Shown: piece after piece, positions 54,340-64,000 of the stretch
How positions within the stretch are numbered: the first letter of the stretch is position 1
Layout of the letters: each line of letters begins with the position of its first letter
Source: Octopus sinensis
Lineage: Eukaryota
Assembly (NCBI RefSeq): GCF_006345805.1
Contig: NC_043005.1
Span: forward strand, 24,366,001 to 24,430,000
Direction of reading: 5' to 3'
DNA: 64,000 nt
Notes under the pieces: generated by a model
The model's database searches: none
What the model was told of the DNA's origin: nothing
The model's input: the letters and a program-made list of their open reading frames with translations, nothing else
Made by a program: the position numbers and the translations under genes

Positions 54340-56085
54340 AAAATAGTAAAGTGTGAAAAAACGACAGAAGGCTTAAATGTTAAAAAATATATATATTTGT
54401 GTCAAAATGTCTGGAGAATATTGGAAAAATTTTTTTCCTTTCCTTAAAATGACATAATTTTTAAAATTTTTAAAGAAATTACCGGTTTCGCGTGTAGCTT
54501 TTCAAATTTCTTGTGACGTTATGTTTATATTGCATGGAATTATCGTTGTTTTTATTTCCAGGAGATTTCTAAATAAGGGGAGGTAGTGAGTGATTTTTTC
54601 CGGTGTAGGGGAGATAATCGCTTGAAAATTTTTTTTTTCCTTTTCCTTGTTAATTTCTCTGTGTCAGTATGTTCGGATGGTTGAGTCTGGGTTTGTACTT
54701 TCAATGAGAATGTTTTCCTTGTTCAGTCTCATTTGTGTTGATGATCCGAAAGCACATTGGTAAAATGGGAAGATTAAAAATTGTGGCAGTAGTTGCTTTG
54801 CGCATTTCTCAATGTGCTCACTAAAAGGTATCATTCTATATTCTGGGAATGCAATCTGTTGTCGATGCAGTGTGCATCTGCGCCTGAGTGATAGTCCCGT
54901 GGAACCCACGTAGTCTTGGTGGCAGCCCGAGCATTTAATAACATAAATTATGTTTTCAGAGGCACAAGTAAAGTTAGATTTGATCTTAAATTTCTGTCCC
55001 TCTTTAAAGAAGAATTCTGATCCTTCCAATAGGTTAGGACATGTTGCACATTCTCGATCTACCACATTTTTTTACTTTTGCATCCGTAATTTTAGAAGAC
55101 AATTTTGCCTTTGTGAGAATCTTTTTAAGTGATTTAGGCTGTTTGTAGCTTTTAATGATTTGGTGTATGTTTAGAATTTCCTTTAATTGGGGTTTTTATG
55201 AAGTATTGGTAAATTCTGGGTGATGATGGTGAAGGCTTCTTTGTTTCTGGGGGGTTGTATGTAGATATGTAAGGTAGTATTTTCGGGGAAGGTGTGTTGT
55301 TTGTTGAACTTTTCTTAAAGTTTCTATGTTGATTTCTGTGTGCACGTCTGATCCCATCCTCTATGAGTTGAGCTGGGTAATGTCTGTCAATTAGGGTGTT
55401 TTTGAGTTCTTGCAGTCTAAAGTTCCTGGTATTTTGTTCTGACACTATTGTGCATATCCTTCTTGCAAGGTTGAAGGGGATGTTTGTTTTAGTGTGTCTT
55501 GGGTGGCATGAATTAAAAAGAAGGTATTGTTTGGCGTCTGTGGCTTTGTAAAAAATGTCTGTTTCTATTTTAAGGTTAATTTTTTAATTAGTATATCCAA
55601 GAACGGGAGCTCCTTTTGGTTGTATTCCATTGTGAACTGTATGTTTGGGTTTATGCTGTTCAATAGGTTTTTAAATTTTAGGAGTTTATCTATGTTTTCA
55701 TTCCAGAGAATGAAACAATCGTCTAGGAATCGTTTCCAATTCTCTTTTATGTATTGAGAGAGGGAGTTTTCCAAAGATTGATAGAGATTCCTGGTAAATG
55801 ATTATTTCCATGTATCCCATTGTTAAGTTCGCAATGACTGGTGCTGCCCTTGTACCCATAGCAATTCCGGATTTTTGACGGTAAAATGTATTGTCAAACA
55901 TGAAGTGGTTATTGTGTAGGATGAATTCAATTGATTTAGTAATGAATTCCTTACTGATCCTTTTTGGTATTTCTTCCGGAAATTGGTCTAACCAGAATTG
56001 TATTGCCTCCAGTCCATAATTATGAGGTATACTGGTATACAAGTTGACTACATCAAATGAAACCAGGATTGTTTCTTCCTTGGTT

Positions 56086-59000
56086 CAATTTTAAATCAGA
56101 AATAGAGCTTCTAAGACTCAGGGCCTCCACAAATGAAGAAAAACTTAAAAGCATAGACGAGGAGATGCACAATCTAATACTAAAATATACCGAGGGACAA
56201 CCCATCGATAATACATTGGATCACTGGAAGGATTCCTGTGAGAGAGAAGAGAGAAATTCTCTCCTACGCTGGAGAAAAACATGGACTTCTTCCAAAATAT
56301 AGTGAAACCTTCAAAAATGAATTGGGTACAAATAATCCCTTCATTAAGAAAATTACAATAAATAAAAAAGAAAAACCTAACAACCCACGAACAACCCCCA
56401 ACTATCCTCCATACACTAAAAACAGAAATCACCCACAACCAACCTTTACAAACCACGCTAGACCTAACAGGGAACTAGCTGAAAGAGGACGCGTCTATGA
56501 AAGAAATTACCCAAAAACAGAACAAACCAACAACATCCTAATACCAGACCCAACCACCATACAGCACAATACGACACTAGGATAAGAAATACACCACACA
56601 CAATCACTATCACTACTACCCCATGAACCAAAACTACTGTCCCCACTAAACACAAGACAAACGCAAAGAAACACTATGTCAAGCAACATCCCACATACAA
56701 GAAGTTCGAAACAAAAATATCCCCATACAGAAATTTTACACACACCACAAGCATTAACAACCATAGATTCCCACACACACAACGATCGGAGGCAACAATA
56801 CCACCACTCCCCCGACCAAATACCACACAACCTCACAGACAACTCATACAAACAAAATTACACCCCAACATTTTTTAGCCAGGGACCAGGGACACCAGGA
56901 CACAGGCTGGAACCTAGTAATAAGGAAAAACCGAAGATAATCAATCTTTCAACCAAACCTCTTTCTAACATAAAAATGACATCCTCGCAAAAGGGCTCAA
57001 ATTTACCCAACTCCACGCAGAGCAAACCTAAATGAACTCAAGGATAATATAACGAATTTTGCAGAAAATTAAGACTAGCAGAAGCATCAAACAGTTTCAA
57101 TACTGAAGATGAATCACTAGTCAAGAACAAAAGTGAACACATCCCACACAGAGGAAGAAATAAAGATCTTGACGAATTCTGTAACCACATTGAGAACTTC
57201 CCCTACCATACATACATAAACAGAAAGCTAACCCAAATTTTAACACTACACAATGGAAAGAACTGATAGAACTCCAAAATGATGAAGATATAACCATTAA
57301 GGAAGCGGACAAGGGAAATGCAGTTGTAATAATGGATACATCATACTACAGAAATCTTGTAATTTCCTTGCTTGATGAAGACCTACATTATGAAAAAATT
57401 ACCAACTACACCCCACAAAAAATAATGAAAACTCTATCTTCACTAATTAAAACCCATGAAAAGGAACTGACAACCAAAGAGATTGATTTCCTAACAAACT
57501 TTAAATGCAAACCTAGCCTTTTCTATGGTCTGCCAAAAATTCATAAAAGTCAAATATAAATGAAACCATTAAAAAATCACCAAAGACATACATACACACA
57601 CCTAATCCGGGGACCTAAAACTACGACCCATTGTAGCTGGCCCAACCTGTGAAACACACAGACTAAGTCTACTTATGGACATCCTCTTGAAACCCTTCCT
57701 TAAACATATCGATAGCCATATCAGAGATGACTTAGATATGTTAAACCACCTTCCAAAAAAACCAAGGAAGAAACAATCCTGGTTTCATTTGATGTAGTCA
57801 ACTTGTATACCAGTATACCTCATAATTATGGACTGGAGGCAATACAATTCTGGTTAGACCAATTTCCGGAAGAAATACCAAAAAGGATCAGTAAGGAATT
57901 CATTACTAATCAATTGAATTCATCCTACACAATAACCACTTCATGTTTGACAATACATTTTACCGTCAAAAATCCGGAATTGCTATGGGTACAAGGGCAG
58001 CACCAGTCATTGCGAACTTAACAATGGGATACATGGAAATAATCATTACCAGGAATCTCTATCAATCTTTGGAAACTCCCTCTCTCAATACATAAAAGAG
58101 AATTGAAACGATTCCTAGACGATTGTTTCATTCTCTGGAATGAAAACAGATAAACTCCTAAAATTTAAAAACCTATTGAACAGCATAAACCCAAATATAC
58201 AGTTCACAATGGAATACAACCAAAGGAGCTCCCGTTCTTGGATATACTAATTAAAAAAATTAACCTTAAAATAGAAACAGACATTTTTTACAAAGCCACA
58301 GACGCCAAACAATACCTTCTTTTTAATTCATGCCACCCAAGACACACTAAAACAAACATCCCCTTCAACCTTGCAAGAAGGATATGCACAATAGTGTCAG
58401 AACAAAATACCAGGAACTTTAGACTGCAAGAACTCAAAAACACCCTAATTGACAGACATTACCCAGCTCAACTCATAGAGGATGGGATCAGACGTGCAAC
58501 AGAAATCAACATAGAAACTTTAAGAAAAGTTCAACACAACAACACACCTTCCCCGAAAATACTACCTTACATATCTACATACAACCCCAGAAACAAAGAA
58601 GCCTTCACCATCATCACCCAGAATTTACCAATACTTCATAAAAAACCCAAAATTAAAGGAAATTCTAAACATACACCAAATCATTAAAAGCTACAAACAG
58701 CCTAAATCACTTAAAAAGATTCTCACAAAGGCAAAATTGTCTTCTAAAATTACGGATGCAAAAGTAAAAACATGTGGTAGATCGAACTGTGCAACATGTC
58801 CTAACCTATTGGAAGGATCAGAATTCTTCTTTAAAGAGGGACAGAAATTTAAGATCAAATCTAACTTTACTTGTGCCTCTGAAACATAATTTATGTTATT
58901 AAATGCTCGGGCTGCCACCAAGACTACGTGGGTTCCACGGGACTATCACTCAGGCGCAGATGCACACTGCATCGACAACAGATTGCATTCCCAAATATAG

Positions 59001-59170
59001 AATGATACCTTTTAGTGAGCACATTGAGAAATGCGCAAAGCAACTACTGCCACAATTTTTAATCTTCCCATTTTACCAATGTGCTTTCGGATCATCAACA
59101 CAAATGAGACTGAACAAGGAAACATTCTTCATTGAAAGTACAAACCAGACTCAACCATCCGAACATACTG
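56086..59170 (+). pseudogene. PLE polyprotein (N-terminal domain, RT, Zn-linker, GIY-YIG), frameshifted
   Basis: IKEADKGNAVVIMD, FYGLPKIHK, LRPIVAGP, LVSFDVVNLYTSIPH, GIAMGTRAAP, RFLDDCF, QFTME..ELPFLDILI, CHPRHTKTNIPFNLARR, KTCGRSNCATC, IIYVIKCSGCHQDYVGST. Confidence 0.92.
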
Positions 59171-59322
59171 ACACAGAGAAATTACAAGGAAAAGGGAAAA
59201 AAAAATTTTAAGCGATTATCTCCCCTACACCGGAAAAAATCACTCACTACCTCCCCTTATTTAGAAATCTCCTGGAAATAAAAACAACGATAATTCCATG
59301 CAATATAAACATAACGTCACAA

Positions 59323-59358
59323 GAAATTTGAAAAGCTACACGCGAAACCGGTAATTTC
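59323..59358 (+). ncRNA. Minimal hammerhead motif with U3-A8 variant core; inverted twin at 54475-54510
   Basis: GAAAT-TTGAAAA-GC(tacac)GC-GAAAC-CG-GTA-ATTTC in the 3' UTR; palindrome ACCGGT. Confidence 0.6.
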
Positions 59359-59653
59359 TTTAAAAATTTTTAATTATGTCATTTTAAGGAAGGAAAAAAA
59401 TTTTTCCAATATTCTCCAGACATTTTGACACAAATATATATATTTTTTAACATTTAAGCCTTCTGTCGTTTTTTCACACTTTACTATTTTCTTATATATT
59501 TACCCACGTGCTTTACCAAACAAACTTTCTTATCTATATATATATATATATATATAAATATGTATGTATATATAATATGTTGTATGTGTATATATATGTA
59601 TATATATGTATATATATGTGTGTGTATGTGTATGTATAAATATGTATATATGT

Positions 59654-59972
59654 GAGGGCGCGTGGCTTAGTGGTTAGGGCATTCGGCTCATGATCGTAAG
59701 GTTGTGAGTTCGATTCCCGGCGACGCGTTGTGTCCTTGAGCAAGACACTTTATTTCACGTTGCTCCAGTCCACTCAGCTGGCAAAAATGAGTTGTACTTG
59801 TATTTCAAAGGGTCAGCCTTGTCACTCTCTGTGTCACGCTGATTATCCCCGAGAACTACGTTAAGGGTACACGTGTCTGTGGAATGCTCAGCCATTTGCA
59901 CGTTAATTTCACGAGCAAGCTGTTCCGTTGATCGTATCAGCTGGGACCCTCGTCGTCGTAACCGGCGGAGTC
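59654..59972 (+). mobile_element. Full-length tRNA-derived SINE
   Basis: A box tggcttagtgg, B box gagttcgattcc, body gtgtccttgagcaagacac...; flanked by TA runs. Confidence 0.92.
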
Positions 59973-59993
59973 TTTTATATATATATATATATA

Positions 59994-61300
59994 TTAGCTG
60001 TTGGACCTGGCGCTGCTCGTGTTTTCCGTGTTGAAGTTAAACCCACCTCTGACTTTGTATTGAAATCTTCTACGTTCCCCGTGCCAACTATTACCCATTA
60101 ATATGTTATATCTAGTTCGGCGGGGATTTTACCCGATTAACGCTTTCGACATAATCCTACATACTGGACCATCTGAAATCGCAGTCAAACTTTTGGGTGT
60201 ACTTCGACCCGTTGAGAGTAATGTTTGTTTTTCTCCCCTTAATGCCACCCTCTGTACAAAATTGATCAGCATGTCCAATCTCATAAAAATCTGAAGAAAA
60301 GTGTTAGAAAAGAAACCATGTGACCTTTTACATGAAAATATCCCATTGACTTTTAAATCCCAATGCATTATGTGAATAACCAACGTTTCATATGCTGAAG
60401 GGCTTAATTTTACTCATGGGTCAATTTTCTTCAAAATCAGTTCATTATTTCATTGAGAGTAAATTTTGACTATTTCTGCCTTTTACCAGTTTAATTTTAA
60501 TTCTACTACATAACTCCGACCATAAATTTTACCTAAATGTCAAATTTCATCAAAATCGGATGAATTCTGTAAAAGTTACAACATAAAATATTAATCCTAT
60601 GGGCAATTGCATACAAAAGCCTACTGGTTTCTTAAAATCCCTCGCTCACGTGCAATTATCGATTTTTTTTTTGTCAACTCTTCATGCTGGCATCAACTAA
60701 TGGACATGAACTGTAATCACGTGTAAACTTTCTACAAAATCGATAAGAGTGTCTTTAAGTAAATGCTTATTTGCTTTTGTGCTCTTTTCAAGCCCTTTTG
60801 AACTAAATAAACACCTTTACTCTCTCCCGCATCACAAAATTTGCCTACATCTCAAATTTCAATAAATCGGATACAAAATCTAAAAGTTACGGCCAAAAAT
60901 AAAATTCCTATGGGTATTTGTACTCAAAAGCCTATTGATTTTATAAAACCACTGCTCAGGCGCAATTATCGATTTTTTGTCAACGCCATATAATGATATC
61001 AACTCATGGCCATAAGCCACACTCACTCAAAATCGAGCAAAAAATGCAAAAGCTGCGGGAAAAATAACATCGTTATGGGAATTGCCATACAAACACCCGA
61101 TTGAGTTCACAAAAATCAATGCCAACTAAGCATTATAGAGTTTTCGAAAAGTTTCGGTCTTATTTGAACTTCAGGGCATGAGATATACCTGTGTTCCAAA
61201 CATCATTAAAATCGGTTGGACGGTGTGGGAGGAGTCAGAATAACCACAAACACACCCTGAGACAGACATTATTACACATTTATTTATGTACGTATATATA
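59994..61300 (-). mobile_element. Longer non-autonomous Helitron-like element with diverged ~310-bp internal repeats
   Basis: 3' end cacgagcagcgccaggtccaacagCTAA|T resembles the other Helitron ends; repeated caaatttc..aaatcggat...gcaattatcgattttt blocks near 60540 and 60850. Confidence 0.68.
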
Positions 61301-63286
61301 TATATATATATCAACCTTATATGTAAATGCACTCAATATCAGCAGAGATAACATCTAGATCAAGAATTATGACATATCATTAAAATAAAGTCTGATTGTT
61401 CACTAATACATAGAACTAATTTACGCTTTGCGCACGTTCCATTCCATATAATGACATTTACTTCGAGTTTGAGTTATCACGGCAGACTTTTAATGAGTAT
61501 GAGTATAGAATTATCATCCAGCTGTCCATATTATATCTTTTACAAATTATGCCTCTGTGTGTGCGCGCGTCTGTGTGTGTGAGAGAGAGAGAGTATTGTC
61601 GGTGTTTCTTCGGTAATTGCTATGAGATATAACTGAAGAAAGCTAATTAAACAGTTAGTTATGTGAACTAATAGTGCCTGTCATTTGTCCTCAGCTACGT
61701 CAATATTTCTCAACTTTTATACCCTTTGAGACATGGCAAACCTTAAAAGAACTCTACATAAAAAGTCACTATATCATCATTATTAATATTTTTCTTTATT
61801 TATCCTAAAGTAAATTTCTTAAGATACTACTAAATCATAAAACTGTCTTTGAAAAGTTAAGGTCATAAACATACATTAAGCGTCACAAGGAACGTTTAAA
61901 ATATGTCGTCTCAAACAAAGCGCCAAAATATTGTATTTTTCCGGGGACTGGGGTATCTCCTTATCATCTAAAGATTTCAGGTTTTCGCTATATTCCTTAG
62001 GGAACATACTGTGCATGTAGAAATAATCACGAATATTGGATTAGACACAAAAGTAATTAAAAGACTTAGTTATCACTATTTTTCCCGGAACGCCTAGCGA
62101 CCTCTGGTGCGGGCCTAGGGTAGACAAACGCTGAACTAGAATTATGACGTTTTTATCCATTTCTATATCAGCACCAAAATCTTTACGGATTGTTTAAACC
62201 TGTACAGAGAGCTATTACTGAATATTAATATTAATACCTTTCTTTCTCTATCACAATTCTTTTGAATGTGAATATCATTGCGTTTTCGACACTATTCAAT
62301 AAACACAACACAGTTACACTGTGCGTTCATTCTGTCATATACACTTGCGTCAGAAATTAATTAGCACTTCTCAAATTTCTACATTAAATAGGTTAAATCA
62401 ATTAACCTATGAGCTGTTCAAAACGTCTTACGCGATGAGAAAACTTAGTATGGTATGATTTCGGTCCTTGCGAGGCGCTACCTATATCTATTAAACAAAG
62501 GAAGATTTGTCTGCATCCGCACTCCAAGTTGTTGTTGCACTGCTATGTCAACATCATAAGGCTGTAGACTCTCAAACTGCTCTGCAAACAAAGTTACGTC
62601 ATCGTTCTGCGCAACAGTGAACTCGCAACAAAGCAATAGTTCGAGATATGGCCACTAGGTGACAGCACATACCTTGAGTGAAGAGCAAATCAAGGGTGCT
62701 AATTAATTTCTGACGGTAGTGTATATTGATATTCATTTGAAGATGTGACTTACATCTCACAAAAGACTATAGCCGTCGCTCAGGAGCAGGTTAACTTGGG
62801 CAAGTTAACTCGGGAGCATGTCCCTGATTTTCGCTGAGTATTTTAGATGCCTATGTAGTCATGAAAACACACGGACACTTTTGGTTATCCCATCGCTGAA
62901 CCAGTGCAAAATTCAGGATGTCGTGTGTAAGGAGGGTTGCACCAGCTTTTGTCTAGGTCTCATTGGACCTGCGTAAATTTCAGCAACGTCTAGGAATCGA
63001 ACCTCTAGCTTAATGATCATAAGCTGAATATTTCAATCCCTACGCATCACGCATCGTGGCTCATAAGAAGTTATTAATGACTGAGTGTTCACGCGCACGC
63101 GTGCATGTGTGCGTGTTTGTACGCGTGTGTGTCTCAGTATCTAGCTTCTATTCTATGCATGTGTGTATGTATGTATGTGCATATGTATACATACACACAC
63201 ATATATATACATATATACATATATAAATAATTTCTTAAAATTAATATAGGGTAGGAAAAATTATAGAATTTTTTTCCTTTACCATA

Positions 63287-63692
63287 AGCGAAGGAGTGGC
63301 TGTGTGGTAAGTAGCTTGCTTACCAACCACATGGTTCCGAGTTCAGTCCCACTGCGTGGCACCTTGGTCAAGTATCTTCTACTATAGCCTCGAACCGACA
63401 AAAGCCTTGTGAATGGATTTGGTAGACGGAAACTGAAAGAAGCCCGTCGTATATATATATATGTATATGTGCGTATAAGTTTGTGTGTATGTATTTGTAC
63501 ACCAACATCATTTGACAACCGATGCTGGTGTGTTTACATTCCCGTAACTTAGCAGTTCGGCAAAAGAGACCGATAGAATAAGTACTAGGCTTACAAAGGA
63601 TAAGTCCTGGGGCGATTTGCTCGATCGACTAAAGGCGGTGCTCCAGCATGGCCACAGTCAAATGACTGAAGCAAGTAAAAGAGTAAAAGAGT
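63287..63692 (+). mobile_element. Full-length tRNA-derived SINE (5545 family)
   Basis: ggagtggctgtgtggtaag head through the agtaaaagagtaaaagagt tail. Confidence 0.93.
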
Positions 63693-64000
63693 ACCAGTGG
63701 CCTAGCATGTATACGAAGTCAATAGACACATTTTCCATATAAGAATTAGTGTACATTTAAACACAAAAGAGGTGAGCCTTAACAGATCGCCTTACATACT
63801 TGAAGGAACAGTCAATAAGTCCAAACCACAGTTAAGAGCAATTTCGAAGGGAATGAAAAATATAAACATTTACCACGTTTGACAGCTGGACCTTAGGTTT
63901 CGAAATTTAATTAGTAAGTATAATAATTTGCAAGGCGAAGTTCTCCTCAACGGGTACGCCAAACATTAACATATAAATTAGAGACAAAATAACACCTGTC

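Larger units (their letters stand above)
54332..59498 (+). mobile_element. Neptune-like PLE (56086-59498, plus) preceded by an inverted 1.75-kb copy of its 3' half (54332-56085, minus)
   Basis: Left arm is the near-identical reverse complement of 57760-59498; TA runs on both flanks. Confidence 0.93.

Noticed and set aside
59654-59730. tRNA gene (CAT anticodon-like loop)
   Set aside because: Acceptor stem does not close and the sequence continues into a SINE body; the same applies to the other tRNA-like heads.

Overview
AT-rich, extremely repeat-rich animal DNA, most consistent with an octopus (cephalopod) genome. That assignment rests on SINE families and microsatellite style recognised from memory and was not verified by search. 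I find no intact host protein-coding gene; nearly all ORFs in the supplied track are microsatellite read-throughs. The window is a mosaic of: tRNA-derived SINEs (some as tandem multimers); Tc1/mariner, rosa-like and pogo-like DNA transposons; non-autonomous Helitrons; an internally deleted R4/Dong-type non-LTR element between (TAA)n tracts plus older relics; a Tx1/L1-like 3' fragment inside (GATA)n; and many Penelope-like elements (PLEs), several with an inverted duplication of their 3' end. The main signal is a dense set of minimal type I hammerhead ribozyme (HHR) motifs. The cleanest are at 5242, 13117, 24924 and 53327; others are at 34268 and 37162; variant cores occur at 51697/52905 and 54475/59323. 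One HHR lies at the 3' end of what looks like a tRNA-headed SINE, and another has a compensatory U3-A8 catalytic core. All coordinates were counted by eye (allow a few bp) and all folds were paired by hand, not computed.
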